A stretch of 64,000 bases of DNA from Candidatus Binatus sp. (GCF_049584895.1 NZ_JBAUYR010000086.1:69625-133624); one strand, 5' to 3'. Counted from the first letter of the stretch, positions 45,632 through 57,003 are shown. Translations and numbers: made by a program. The notes: generated from the sequence alone by a model not told the origin.

Positions 45632-45808
45632 CCCCAATTTTTCTGTCCGTTCGAGAACGTCTCGTCGGAGTTCCCGTCTGTCCGCATCAGGGCCACCGCG
45701 GCGCATCTCCCACCCATTCCCTGATTCCCCTCGAAGTATCAGTCTGATGAGTCGAGGTCAATTATTACTGATTTTCTGGCGCGTACGAAACTGTTACTCA
45801 ATCCTTTA

Positions 45809-47092
45809 ATGAAGACAGAAACCACCGTAGCCCAGCGTATCGCAGCCGCCATCCCGCGCGGCGTCAGCGTGCCGATTCCAATCCTCGCCCATCATGCGTC
45901 CGGCGCTGAAATCTGGGACGCCGAAGGCCGTCGTTACATCGACTTCGGCGGCGGAATCGCAGTGCTCAACGTCGGCCATCGTCATCCCCACGTGATTGCC
46001 GCAGTGCATGCTCAGCTCGACGCTTTCACTCACACCTGCTTCGGCGTGACGCCGTACGAGTCGTACATCAAGCTCGCCGAGCGAATGAATCAATTGGCGC
46101 CGATCTCGGAGACAACGAAAAAGAAAACGATCTTTCTGACCACTGGCGCAGAGGCGGTCGAGAACGCCGTCAAGATTGCGCGGCACGCGACCGGCCGCTC
46201 AGCAATCATTTCGTTCACCGGAGGATTTCACGGCCGCACGCTGATGGCGCTCGCGCTCACGGGCAAAATAAATCCGTACAAAGCCGGCTTCGGACCGTTT
46301 CCCGCAGATACGTTTCACGCGCCGTTTCCCGACGCCTATCGCGGCGGTAGTACTAAAAAAAGCCTCGCCGCTCTCGAGATGCTGTTCAAGTCGTCGGTCG
46401 AGCCGTCGCGCGTCGCCGCGATTATCATCGAGCCGGTGCAAGGGGAGGGCGGCTTCAACGTCGCGCCGTTCGAGTTCCTGCGCGAGCTGCGAGCGCTGTG
46501 CGATCGCCACGGCATCGTCTTCATCGCCGACGAGATACAGACCGGCTTCGGCCGCACTGGCAGGATGTTCGCCGTCGAGCACGCCGGTGTCGAGCCCGAC
46601 CTCATCACGATTGCCAAGAGCCTCGCCGGCGGATTCCCGCTCTCGGGCGTGATCGGCCGCGCCGCAATCATGGACAGCGTCGCGCCCGGCGGTCTTGGCG
46701 GCACCTTCGCCGGTAGTCCTGTGTCATGCGCCGCGGCGCTTGCCGTGCTCGACGTATTTCGCGACGAGCACGTGCTCGAGCGCGCCGAGAAGCAGGGCGT
46801 GCTGGTTCGCGCGCGTCTCGAGGTGATGCGCGAACGGTTCCCGATCATCGGCGACGTGCGCGGCCTCGGGGCGATGCTCGCGATCGAGCTGGTCCGCGAT
46901 CGCGCAACCAGGGAACCGGCGCCCGAACTTGCCAGCCGGCTCGCGAAGCATGCATCGGAGCGCGGCCTGATCCTGCTGACCGCGGGAATCTACGGGAACG
47001 TCATCCGAATCCTCGCGCCACTGACAGCGTCGCCCGAATTGATGGATGAAGGCATGACAATTCTGGAGCACTCGCTCGCCGACCTCGGCTAG
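45809..47092 (+). CDS. gabT: 4-aminobutyrate--2-oxoglutarate transaminase
   Basis: AEIWDAEGRRYIDFGGGIAVLNVGHRHP, DEIQTGFGRTG, TIAKSLAGGFPLSG (PLP Lys), ~427 aa. Confidence 0.88.
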   Translation: MKTETTVAQRIAAAIPRGVSVPIPILAHHASGAEIWDAEGRRYIDFGGGIAVLNVGHRHPHVIAAVHAQLDAFTHTCFGVTPYESYIKLAERMNQLAPISETTKKKTIFLTTGAEAVENAVKIARHATGRSAIISFTGGFHGRTLMALALTGKINPYKAGFGPFPADTFHAPFPDAYRGGSTKKSLAALEMLFKSSVEPSRVAAIIIEPVQGEGGFNVAPFEFLRELRALCDRHGIVFIADEIQTGFGRTGRMFAVEHAGVEPDLITIAKSLAGGFPLSGVIGRAAIMDSVAPGGLGGTFAGSPVSCAAALAVLDVFRDEHVLERAEKQGVLVRARLEVMRERFPIIGDVRGLGAMLAIELVRDRATREPAPELASRLAKHASERGLILLTAGIYGNVIRILAPLTASPELMDEGMTILEHSLADLG

Positions 47093-47125
47093 CACTGCGC
47101 GTCCGATTCGTATGAAATATGGCCG

Positions 47126-47998
47126 ATGAGGCTCCCCGACGTTATCGGAATCGGGCCCCCGCGGACCGGCTCGACCTGGCTCTACAACGCTCTCCGCGAC
47201 TCGGTGGATATGCCCGCGGGAGTCAAAGAGCCGCAGTTTTTCAGTACGTTCTACGACAAAGGCATCGATTGGTACGCGCACCACTTTCGATACGCGACTG
47301 GGCGCCGTCCGATAGCTGAAATATCTCCGCCGTATTTTTTTCATCCGGAGACGCCCGCCCGCATCAAGACTCACATTCCGAAATGCAAGATTGTCGCGAC
47401 CATGCGCAATCCCGTCGACCGCATTTACTCCGCGTACAAGCTCATGCGCCATTACGGATGGGTGCGTCGCGGAACTCTCGACGAGGTCCTGCAATCCAGT
47501 CCAAATCTCGGCGGCGGTAACCGTTATGCCGCGCACCTAAAGGTGTGGTTCGACAACTTTGGCCGCGAGAACGTCCTGGTCACGATGTACGATGAATTGC
47601 GCGACCAACCGCAAGTCTATCTCAATCGCGTCTGCGACTTCATCAGCGTCCCGCGCATCGCGCTCGCGCCGCGCCCGGATCTCAGTGGCGACGTGAACTC
47701 TTTTGCTCGCGCACCCAGGGATCGCCGACTCGCAGTCAACGCAACCAAACTGATGTACTGGCTCAAGGGCCATCAGGCGTATGGCCTCGTCAACGCGCTC
47801 GAACGCGTCGGAGTGTGGGATTTCTGCGGCGGTCGCGGTGAACCGTATCTGCGTCTCACGATCGAACAGGAGGAACGCCTGCGCGAGCGCTATCTGCCCG
47901 AAGTCGAGGCGTTGGAAGAATTGCTCGGGATCGATCTCTCCGCATGGAAAAAACCTCGCGCGGCCGAACGCCCCGCTCATAGGCTAGCCGTCGGATGA
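47126..47998 (+). CDS. sulfotransferase family protein (paralogue 1)
   Basis: 5'-PSB loop GPPRTGSTWL and 3'-PB region RNPVDRIYSAY. Confidence 0.8.
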   Translation: MRLPDVIGIGPPRTGSTWLYNALRDSVDMPAGVKEPQFFSTFYDKGIDWYAHHFRYATGRRPIAEISPPYFFHPETPARIKTHIPKCKIVATMRNPVDRIYSAYKLMRHYGWVRRGTLDEVLQSSPNLGGGNRYAAHLKVWFDNFGRENVLVTMYDELRDQPQVYLNRVCDFISVPRIALAPRPDLSGDVNSFARAPRDRRLAVNATKLMYWLKGHQAYGLVNALERVGVWDFCGGRGEPYLRLTIEQEERLRERYLPEVEALEELLGIDLSAWKKPRAAERPAHRLAVG

Positions 47999-48852
47999 TT
48001 CGCCGCCTTCCAGAAATAATCGGCGCTGGTCCCGGCCGCACGGGCACCACATGGTTGCATCGCGTGCTCGAGGCCCGCGTCGATCTGCCATACGGCGTCA
48101 AGGAGACGCAGTTCTTCAACACGTTCTACGACAAGGGCATCGACTGGTACGCGCATCACTTTCGCTACGCCACCGGCAATCGGAAAATCGCGGAAATCTG
48201 TCCGTACTTTTTTCATCCGCTCGCGCCCGAACGGATCAAGACCCACATTCCGAATTGCCGCATTATCACAACGCTGCGCGATCCAGTCGATCACGCTTTC
48301 TCGGCCTACAAGCTGGTCGTTCATTTTGCGTGGGCGCACGGATCGTTCGACGAGGTTCTGAAATCGCGGCCCAATCTGGGCAGCGGAAATCGTTACGCGT
48401 CGCATCTCAAGACCTGGTTCGACTTGTTCGGCCGCGAGAATGTTCTGGTCACGATGTATGACGAACTGCGCGCGCAGCCGCAGTCGTATCTCGACCGCGT
48501 GACCGACTTCATGGGCGTCGAGCGCATCGCACTTTCAGCGCGTCCGGAAATCGGCGACGATGTACATTCGTTTGCGCGCGCTCCCAAGAGCCGCAGACTC
48601 GCTCGCAGCGCGCGGAAGATGATGTACCGCCTGCAGAGTCATCAGGCGTACGGCGCGATCGACCTGCTCGAGCGAGCGGGCGTGTGGGATTACTGTTACG
48701 GACGCGGCGAGCCTTTTGGCCGTCTGACGTCCGAACAGGAACAGCGCCTGCGTGACCGCTACCTGCCCGAGGTCGAGGCGCTCGAGGAATTGCTCCGCAT
48801 AGATCTCTCAGCATGGAAGAAGCCGCAGCTGCGGCGCGCAACGGTTGCGTAA
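47995..48852 (+). CDS. sulfotransferase family protein (paralogue 2)
   Basis: GPGRTGTTWL, RDPVDHAFSAY. Long identical blocks with paralogue 1 (FYDKGIDWYAHHFRYATG, GRENVLVTMYDELR, YLPEVEALEELL). ATGA overlap with the upstream stop. Confidence 0.8.
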   Translation: MIRRLPEIIGAGPGRTGTTWLHRVLEARVDLPYGVKETQFFNTFYDKGIDWYAHHFRYATGNRKIAEICPYFFHPLAPERIKTHIPNCRIITTLRDPVDHAFSAYKLVVHFAWAHGSFDEVLKSRPNLGSGNRYASHLKTWFDLFGRENVLVTMYDELRAQPQSYLDRVTDFMGVERIALSARPEIGDDVHSFARAPKSRRLARSARKMMYRLQSHQAYGAIDLLERAGVWDYCYGRGEPFGRLTSEQEQRLRDRYLPEVEALEELLRIDLSAWKKPQLRRATVA

Positions 48853-48856
48853 GTCG

Positions 48857-49762
48857 ATGACCAATTCTCCGAACAGCGAGCGCGATCTGCGACTCCCCGA
48901 TTTCATCGGCGTCGGCCCCGGCAGAACCGGCACTACATGGCTGCATGAAGTGCTTAAGGGTCACGTCAATCTTCCAGCCGGAATCAAGGAGACTGATTTT
49001 TTCACTACCAACTATTCCAAGGGCGTCGAGTGGTACGCGCATCACTTCCGCGAGGCCGACCGCATCCGGCCTATCGGCGAAGTGAATCCGTACTTCGGTT
49101 TCTCCGAAGCCGCCGAGCGCATCGCGATTCATATTCCGCGATGCAAAATCATCTGCTCGTTCCGCAATCCGGTCGAACGAATCTACTCGGCGTATAAACT
49201 CTGGCGTCACTACACGCTGACCAACGATCCGCTCGACAAGTTCCTCGTGAAAGTTCCGCAGGTGATCGAAGTAAGCCGCTACGCGACGCATCTGCCGGAC
49301 TATCGCGCGCGTTTCGGGGACGACCACGTGCTGGTGCTGCTCAACGACGATCTGCGCGCCGATCCGCAGGCGTATCTCGATCGCGTTTGTGATTTTGTTG
49401 GCATCGAGCGCTACCCGGTGCCTGCGTCGGCGGGCGAGGGCGAGCTGATCAATTCGATAAACGATCTGCCGCGGTTTCCGCGCGCCGCCCGCAGAGCGCG
49501 CAAGTTCATGTACTGGCTCGAGGAGAAGCAAGCGTACGGCACGAGCAACTTCCTCGAGCAGGCAGGAGCGTGGCGGCTGGTATTCGGCGGCGGGCCAAAG
49601 TTCCCGCCACTCGATCCGGCGATCGAAGCGCGCCTGCATGAACTGATGCGCACCGAAATCGACGCGCTCGAGCAAATGATCGGACGGGACCTCTCCGCGT
49701 GGAAAAGTCCTCGCGTTAAGAGCGGCACCACCGCGCGCGCCGCTTCACTCCAGGAAAGATAG
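48857..49762 (+). CDS. sulfotransferase family protein (paralogue 3, more diverged)
   Basis: GPGRTGTTWL, RNPVERIYSAY. ATG 48857 was chosen over TTG 48845. Confidence 0.8.
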   Translation: MTNSPNSERDLRLPDFIGVGPGRTGTTWLHEVLKGHVNLPAGIKETDFFTTNYSKGVEWYAHHFREADRIRPIGEVNPYFGFSEAAERIAIHIPRCKIICSFRNPVERIYSAYKLWRHYTLTNDPLDKFLVKVPQVIEVSRYATHLPDYRARFGDDHVLVLLNDDLRADPQAYLDRVCDFVGIERYPVPASAGEGELINSINDLPRFPRAARRARKFMYWLEEKQAYGTSNFLEQAGAWRLVFGGGPKFPPLDPAIEARLHELMRTEIDALEQMIGRDLSAWKSPRVKSGTTARAASLQER

Positions 49763-49768
49763 ATCCTG

Positions 49769-50698
49769 ATGGCAAAGGTGTCCGTAATTATTCCGGTCTA
49801 CAACGGCGCAGCCACGATTGGCCGCGCGCTCGCGAGCGTGTTCGCGCAAACTTTCACCGACTACGAAGTGATGGTCATCAACGACGGCTCGACCGACGAC
49901 ACCGCGGCGGTGCTGTCGCGCTACGGCGATCGAATCCGCGTCATCACGCAGCCCAATCGCGGCTTGTCCGCCGCGCGTAACGCGGGAGTGCGCGCGTCGC
50001 ACGGAGAGTACCTCGCGTTCCTTGACGATGACGACCAGTGGATGCCTGAGAAACTCGCGCGCTGCGTTCCAGTACTGGACGCCGATCCGGGATGCGCGCT
50101 GGCGTACACGCTGGCTGTCAAAGTAGACGCTCAAGGAGAGCTTATGGGCTCCCAGAGCCAGACAGAGGGCCAGCCCGACGGCGTCGAGTCGCCGACGATG
50201 CAGGAGATGTTGACGCGGCCCTGGAACGTCGTGCCCAGCCAATTTGTCGTGCGGCGCGACGTCTTCGAGCGATGCGGCGGATTCCATGAGCGCTTCGTTA
50301 CGTCATGCGAGGATCTCTATTTCCTGCTGACCGCGCGCGAGTACGGTGGTTTCCGATGCGTCCCTGAGCCGCTGCTGCGCAAAGAGACGAGGCCGCTCTA
50401 TCCCAAGGCGCTCGAGCGCGAGCCCGAATGCGATCTCTTCGTCGAGCTGGTGCGCGATCGCTACGGCGCGTCCGCCGATGGACTGATCGACGGCTTCAGG
50501 CGGTCGCGGGTCAAGGTGCTGCGGCATCTCGGCCACATTCTGATCGACGAGGGCCGCCCCGAAGACGCACGCCGATGTCTCGCGCGGGTGCTCCACTACG
50601 AACCCGCGTCGCCGAAGGCCTACTACCGGTACCTGAAAACTTTTATCTTGCCCCGCGGCGCGCGAGCCTCTGCGAGCACGGACCGGCCCGGCGTCTGA
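49769..50698 (+). CDS. family 2 glycosyltransferase (paralogue 1)
   Basis: VSVIIPVYNGA, DDGSTDDT, FLDDDDQW (DxD). Confidence 0.85.
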   Translation: MAKVSVIIPVYNGAATIGRALASVFAQTFTDYEVMVINDGSTDDTAAVLSRYGDRIRVITQPNRGLSAARNAGVRASHGEYLAFLDDDDQWMPEKLARCVPVLDADPGCALAYTLAVKVDAQGELMGSQSQTEGQPDGVESPTMQEMLTRPWNVVPSQFVVRRDVFERCGGFHERFVTSCEDLYFLLTAREYGGFRCVPEPLLRKETRPLYPKALEREPECDLFVELVRDRYGASADGLIDGFRRSRVKVLRHLGHILIDEGRPEDARRCLARVLHYEPASPKAYYRYLKTFILPRGARASASTDRPGV

Positions 50699-50708
50699 GC
50701 TGCCACAG

Positions 50709-51638
50709 ATGCCGCTCGTCTCGGTAATAATTCCGGTTTACAACGGCGCCGCAATGATCGATCGAGCGCTCAAGAGCGTCTTCGATCAGACCTTCACCGA
50801 CTATGAAATCGTTATCTGCGACGACGGGTCGACTGACGACACGCCGTCAGTGTTGGCGAAGTATGGCGACAAGCTTCGTGCCGTGCGCCAGCGGAATCGC
50901 GGGTTGCCGGCTGCGCGCAATGCGGCGGTGGCATCGAGCCGCGGCGAATTGCTCGCACTTATCGATCACGACGACGAATGGCTTCCGCAAAAGCTCGAGC
51001 TTGCCGTCGCCGCGATGCGTTCCGATCCCGAAGCAGCGCTGCTCTACTCGGACAAGATCGTTGTGAACGAAGCGGGCGAGGAGTTCCGCCTGTCGGAGGT
51101 TCGTCTTGAGACTGCGCATGCGCCGACGATGGACGAAATGCTCGCGCGGATATGGCCGATCACGCCGAGCACGGTTGTGATGCGGCGCAACGCTTTCGAT
51201 CGCGCAGGCGGATTCTGCGAACAACTCATCAGCGCCGAGGACATCCACTTCTGGCTGCTGATGCGCGAGCAGGGGCATTTCATTTATCTGCCGGAAAAGT
51301 TGGTGCGATTCACCTACGGTCAGTTGTTCCCGAAGGTGTTGAATCGCGACATCGGGCCCGATGCGATCCTCGATTTGATTCGCGCGCGATACGGCGCGCG
51401 CGCCGATGGGTTGGTGAAGAATTTCATTCGGCATCGCGTGAGGATGATTGCCAACGCCGGCGTGGTCGAGATGAGTCGAGGGAACATGGAAGGCGCACGT
51501 CGATGTTTCATCCGCGTGCTGAGGTACGATCCGCTCTACCTAAAGAGCTACACGCGAATCGCGCGAACGTTCTTGCCTGGGCCGATTAGGCGCGCGCTTG
51601 GCGGGAAAGCATCGCGCGGCGCGCGCATCGACGCTTGA
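50709..51638 (+). CDS. family 2 glycosyltransferase (paralogue 2)
   Basis: VSVIIPVYNGA, DDGSTDDT, LIDHDDEW. It shares a C-terminal TPR-like tail pattern with the other two GT2s. Confidence 0.85.
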   Translation: MPLVSVIIPVYNGAAMIDRALKSVFDQTFTDYEIVICDDGSTDDTPSVLAKYGDKLRAVRQRNRGLPAARNAAVASSRGELLALIDHDDEWLPQKLELAVAAMRSDPEAALLYSDKIVVNEAGEEFRLSEVRLETAHAPTMDEMLARIWPITPSTVVMRRNAFDRAGGFCEQLISAEDIHFWLLMREQGHFIYLPEKLVRFTYGQLFPKVLNRDIGPDAILDLIRARYGARADGLVKNFIRHRVRMIANAGVVEMSRGNMEGARRCFIRVLRYDPLYLKSYTRIARTFLPGPIRRALGGKASRGARIDA

Positions 51639-51660
51639 TATCTGCAACTTTTTTCTTTGT

Positions 51661-51769
51661 GTCATTCTGAGCGGAAGCTGCTGTAGCGAAGAATCTCGCC
51701 GGACGCTCCGGCGTTCGGTGTCGCCTTAGCGCGCTTGCGCGCGAGATCCTTCGCTGCGCTCAGGATGAC
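51661..51769. repeat. inverted pair of the GTCATYCTGAGCG repeat (MITE/REP-like unit)
   Basis: Arm gtcattctgagcggaagctgctgtagcgaagaatctcgcc (51661-51700) faces the inverted gagatccttcgctgcgctcaggatgac (51743-51769). Confidence 0.8.
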
Positions 51770-51789
51770 GGAAAAAACCGTAGCCGCTT

Positions 51790-53082
<1,293 letters not shown>

Positions 53083-54045
53083 TTATTCCTGATATGCGCG
53101 ATCAGATCGAGTGCGCCGCGAGCTTCCGCCGGACAGACTTTGCGCGATGCGGTGCGGCAGCCACGTGCGCATCCAGCGCAAATAGTTTTTGAGCCGATAC
53201 GGATCGACCTTGATAGCGCGCGCGAATGCGGCTCGCGCACGAGGACGGTCGCCGTCGCGCATCGCCTTGAGGCCAATCGTCGCGAGGATGCTTCGCGGCG
53301 CTCGCGCGCGCGCATCCACCAGCGGCGCGGCAGAAACGCCGTAGCGCTCCTGCAGATACGCCTCGAAAACGTGCAGCGCTTTCGAATAGTCGGGCAGGCG
53401 CTTGAGCTGTTTGGGGAACCATGCGAAGCGCCACGTGATCAGCGGCTCGTCGATATATCCGAACGGCCCCTGCTCGCGCATCTTGATCCAGAAATCTACG
53501 TCCTCGAACCGAAAGCTGGCGCCCTTCAACGCGTCGCGATAACCGCCGCACGTGTCGTAAGAGGAGCGGCGGACGAGAGCAGCGCTCGGCATTATCGGCC
53601 ACAGTTGCGTCAGCAGTTCGTTCAGTGAGGGGGCATGATCGAAGCCGCTGCCGACCAGGGACGTGTCGAGCGCAACGCCCTCGCTGTCGGCGAGTGCGCA
53701 GTTGCAATAGACGAGCGAGAGCGCAGGGTCGGCATCGAGCGCCGCCACGCTGCGCTCGAGGAATTGCGGCGTCCAGATGTCGTCGGCGTCGAGGAAGGCG
53801 AGATACTCGCCGGAAGAATTGCGTGCGCCGTTGTTGCGCGCCGCGGCCGGTCCGCTGTTGCCTTGCTCAATCAACCGCACGCGTTCGGCATAGTGCTTGA
53901 CGATCGGGATGGTGCCATCAGTGGAGCCGTCATCGACGCAGATGATTTCCAAATCCTGGAAAGTTTGCTCGAGGACGCTGTCGACGGTGCCGGCGATGGT
54001 CGCGGCGGCATTGTAGGCAGGGATGATTACAGAAACGCGAGGCAC
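53083..54045 (-). CDS. family 2 glycosyltransferase (paralogue 3)
   Basis: VSVIIPAYNAA, DDGSTDGT, FLDADDIW. Upstream of sqdB in the same operon. Confidence 0.85.
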   Translation of the reverse strand: MPRVSVIIPAYNAAATIAGTVDSVLEQTFQDLEIICVDDGSTDGTIPIVKHYAERVRLIEQGNSGPAAARNNGARNSSGEYLAFLDADDIWTPQFLERSVAALDADPALSLVYCNCALADSEGVALDTSLVGSGFDHAPSLNELLTQLWPIMPSAALVRRSSYDTCGGYRDALKGASFRFEDVDFWIKMREQGPFGYIDEPLITWRFAWFPKQLKRLPDYSKALHVFEAYLQERYGVSAAPLVDARARAPRSILATIGLKAMRDGDRPRARAAFARAIKVDPYRLKNYLRWMRTWLPHRIAQSLSGGSSRRTRSDRAYQE

Positions 54046-54140
54046 TGTGGTTGGGACTCGGACGGAAGTCCTCGCGACAGGTTACACGCCAAGTGGCAGG
54101 CTGCTCAACGGGCCGATACCAAGGTGCAGGAGTTACTCCT

Positions 54141-54178
54141 GGAAAAGGAAACGCGAAACCCACGGAAGGTTTCGCGTT
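54141..54178 (-). terminator. rho-independent terminator of the sigma-54 activator gene
   Basis: Perfect 11-bp stem aacgcgaaacc/ggtttcgcgtt with a 7-nt loop. On the minus strand it is followed by a TTTCCTTTTCC tract. Confidence 0.6.
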
Positions 54179-54200
54179 CGAATCAGTTCCGGGTCCGCCG

Positions 54201-55385
54201 TTATACGCGGCGAACGGTTGGTTTACGGAAGGTTCGGTATGTGCGGCCTTCGGCCAGACCGAAACGGTTCAGCATCCGGTAGACGGTGTAGCGCGATACG
54301 CCCAGCAACTCGGCGGCGCGATGGCAGTTGCCCTCGGTCGCCTGCAGTGCCCGAACCAGCGCGTGCTTCGAGGCTTCGCGAATGACAGCGTCGAGCGAGT
54401 AGGGCCATTCCTTCGCGGTGTTGCTCGCCGCGCCCTCGACCAGGTCCATCGGTGCACTCGGAAGCATCGCGTCGATCGGCACGCCGATCTCTTCAGGGGT
54501 CGCGTCGTCGTGATTGAAAGGCAGGTCATCGACATCGATCCGATCGTTCTCGGTCATCAGTACCGCGCTCTCGATCGCATGGCCGAGCTCGCGGACGTTG
54601 CCGAGCCACTGATTGGCGCATATTACGTCCAACGCGGCGCGGGACACCTGTTTTACATCTTTGCCGAAGAGCCGGTTGTAGTGCTCGATGAAATGAGCGA
54701 CGAAGGCCGGGATCGCCTCGCGCCGTTCGCGCAGCGGGGGAACCAGAATCGCGGCGGCGTTGAGGCGGTAGTACAGGTCGTCACGGAATTGACTAGCTTT
54801 GACCATCGCACGCAAGTCGCGATTGGTGGCAGCGACCAGGCGAATATCAACCGAGTAGGAGCGCGACGAGCCGACCGGCTGGATCTCGTGAGTCTCGACC
54901 GCGCGCAACAGCTTGGGCTGCAGGCGCAGCGGGAGCTCGCCGATTTCGTCGAGGAAGAGGGTTCCGCCGTTGGCCGAGCGAAAATAACCGAGCGAATCCT
55001 CGCGGGCGTCGGTGAAGGCGCCGCGCACATGGCCGAAGAGCTGCGACTCCGCCAGCGTCTCGACCAGGTTCGAGCAGTTGAAGGTCACGAACGGGCCGCC
55101 GGGTGCGGAGCCGAGCGTATGAAGCGCTCGCGCCACCAGTTCCTTGCCGGTGCCGGACTCGCCGTGAATCAGGACGGTTGCTTTGTAAGGGCTCAGGCGT
55201 GAAATGGTTTTCAGCACCTTGCGTACTTGCGCCGACCGCACCACCATCCCGCCCACCCGCTCCGACCCATGCGCAAGCTGCTCGAGGCTGAACCAATCGC
55301 ACGCGGCAGCCGCCGGATCGGCGCGAAGATTATTCATCGCAGCCACGACCGGCGATCCGTTCGCCGAGTACTCTTGAAGGCGCAT
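54201..55385 (-). CDS. sigma-54-dependent transcriptional activator (bEBP) lacking a recognisable N-terminal sensory domain
   Basis: Walker A GESGTGKE, ESQLFGH, GAFTDA (GAFTGA variant), Walker B LFLDEIGE, and a C-terminal Fis-type HTH AAELLGVSRYTVYRML. Only ~50 aa precede the AAA+ core. Confidence 0.9.
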   Translation of the reverse strand: MRLQEYSANGSPVVAAMNNLRADPAAAACDWFSLEQLAHGSERVGGMVVRSAQVRKVLKTISRLSPYKATVLIHGESGTGKELVARALHTLGSAPGGPFVTFNCSNLVETLAESQLFGHVRGAFTDAREDSLGYFRSANGGTLFLDEIGELPLRLQPKLLRAVETHEIQPVGSSRSYSVDIRLVAATNRDLRAMVKASQFRDDLYYRLNAAAILVPPLRERREAIPAFVAHFIEHYNRLFGKDVKQVSRAALDVICANQWLGNVRELGHAIESAVLMTENDRIDVDDLPFNHDDATPEEIGVPIDAMLPSAPMDLVEGAASNTAKEWPYSLDAVIREASKHALVRALQATEGNCHRAAELLGVSRYTVYRMLNRFGLAEGRTYRTFRKPTVRRV

Positions 55386-55875
55386 CGTTTGGTTCCTTCT
55401 CCGCTGCTTAACTTCGACTACAATTAGTTACTAAATCTTCTCTACTAGTTGTAGGATTTTGGATATAGTCGAGTAGCGCATGGTGTGTCAAGCCGTCGCG
55501 CTGAGATTTTACCGACTGTCCTTAGCAAACGCGAGCACCTTCGTGTTTTAGCTCCTTCGATTGATTCGCCCAAGGCGGTGGCAATCATGACGAGGTTTCA
55601 CGCCAATTGATAGCCTCTTTCTCATTCTCCCTCACTTGGCATAGTTCAGGAATGAAAGACCGGCAATCATCGCCTTTAACCAGTTGAAAAATCAAGCTTT
55701 CGTGGGCTTTTCCACACCCAAGGTATAGGCTGCCCGGCGGCGAAAATTCACCGGAATTCAGCGAAAATATAGGGGAAATTGGTCGGCTTGCGGATAATCC
55801 AACGTGCGGGGCGAGCACTTTAGTCGATGGTCGGGATAACCCGCGATTGCTATTAGTATGCTGGAGGAAATAAAG

Positions 55876-56268
55876 ATGAAGATAGCTGTCACGGTCGCTC
55901 GGATCCTGCTGGGCCTGGTCTTTTTTGTCTTCGGCCTGAACGGCTTCCTGCATTTTATGCCGAATCCTCCGCCGACACCGGCAGCGGGCGCATTCTTCGG
56001 CGCGCTGATCGCGACTCATTATATGTTCGGGTTGATTTTTGGGGCCCAGGTTTTAGGGGGAGTGCTGCTCCTGATCAATGTGGCGGTGCCATTTGCACTG
56101 GTGGTTCTCGCGCCGGTGATCGTGAACATTCTCGGGTTCCATATCTATCTCTCGCCGGTACCGATGCAGTTGGCAATCGCGTTCATCGTGACGGCGCTCG
56201 AGCTTTTCCTGGCGTGGTACTATCGCGCCAATTTTGCGCCGCTGTTCAGCAGCGTGCCGCGATCGTGA
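55876..56268 (+). CDS. DoxX-like small integral membrane protein
   Basis: Four hydrophobic segments with ARILLGLVFFVFGLNGFL at the N-terminus. ATG 55876 follows GGAGG. Confidence 0.55.
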   Translation: MKIAVTVARILLGLVFFVFGLNGFLHFMPNPPPTPAAGAFFGALIATHYMFGLIFGAQVLGGVLLLINVAVPFALVVLAPVIVNILGFHIYLSPVPMQLAIAFIVTALELFLAWYYRANFAPLFSSVPRS

Positions 56269-56362
56269 TGAGACTCGATTATCGACCAAGCACGGTGAGC
56301 GGTCTAATCGCGACTGTTTTCAACACTTCGGATTCCTGTAAGCATGGAAATCAGGCAGGACC

Positions 56363-56593
56363 ATGAGACGGAATATTGTCGCTCGAGGAAAATTCTCAGA
56401 TCCGAGGCATATAGAGCTTACGAAAGCTGTGCCTGAGATCCGGGGAGAAGTGGAAGTCACAATCCGCCAATTGCCGAAAACTCGAACGCCTGACGTTTTC
56501 GAGGTTATCGCAGCGTTTGTCCCCGGGTCTCGATCTAAAACTGAAATCGATCAACAGATCCACGAGGAGCGCGACTCGTGGGATAATCGATGA
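56363..56593 (+). CDS. putative type II antitoxin (partner of VapC)
   Basis: 76-aa ORF whose stop overlaps the PIN gene start (ATGA). No family recognised. Confidence 0.5.
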   Translation: MRRNIVARGKFSDPRHIELTKAVPEIRGEVEVTIRQLPKTRTPDVFEVIAAFVPGSRSKTEIDQQIHEERDSWDNR

Positions 56594-57003
56594 GCCGCAT
56601 CTACCTCGATGCGTGCTCCATAATCTACCTGGTCGAAGCGGAAAGTCCTTTCCATGCGGTAGTCGTCCGTCGACTGCTCGAGCACCAAACCGATCCAGCG
56701 TCGCGACTTCTAACATCGCGGCTGTCATGCCTGGAGTGCCGGATCCGCCCCGTCAGAGACAAGGATCGTAGCCTGCTGGCAGCGTATGACAAGCTGTTCG
56801 GCGCGAACCGAATGTTGATTGTGGAGATAACGGCCGAGATTGTCGCAACCGCCACAACGTTGCGCGCGCGACATGGTTTCAAGACACCGGACGCGATTCA
56901 TCTGGCCTCGGCCATCGAAGAGAAGGTTGACGTCTTTCTGACCGGAGACAGTTCTCTCGCGCGATGCACCGATATAGCGGTCGAGGTCCTCGAAGGTGGC
57001 TAG
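56590..57003 (+). CDS. vapC: PIN-domain toxin VapC
   Basis: IYLDACSIIYL (first acidic residue), FKTPDAIHLASA and FLTGD blocks, ~137 aa. Confidence 0.8.
   Translation: MSRIYLDACSIIYLVEAESPFHAVVVRRLLEHQTDPASRLLTSRLSCLECRIRPVRDKDRSLLAAYDKLFGANRMLIVEITAEIVATATTLRARHGFKTPDAIHLASAIEEKVDVFLTGDSSLARCTDIAVEVLEGG

Noticed and set aside
45743-45795. Hammerhead-ribozyme-like core words CUGAUGAG ... CGAAAC in the CYTH/gabT divergent spacer.
   Set aside because: The segment between the two core words cannot form a credible stem II; only 2 bp close it. I could not build stems I and III with a proper cleavage triplet. It is most likely a chance occurrence.
54046-54140. Search for a sigma-54 (-24 GG / -12 GC) promoter upstream of the GT2-sqdB operon, of the DoxX gene (55386-55875) and of the sulfotransferase block.
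   Set aside because: No TGGCAC-N5-TTGC-like element with correct GG-N10-GC spacing was found by eye. TGGCAC words elsewhere (e.g. 23031, 28476, 43535) are inside genes or repeats and lack the -12 element.
55585-56019. 144-aa minus-strand ORF in the 470-bp bEBP/DoxX spacer.
   Set aside because: It overlaps the well-supported DoxX-like gene start, is Arg/Cys-rich, and has no RBS or motif. It is probably non-coding promoter DNA.
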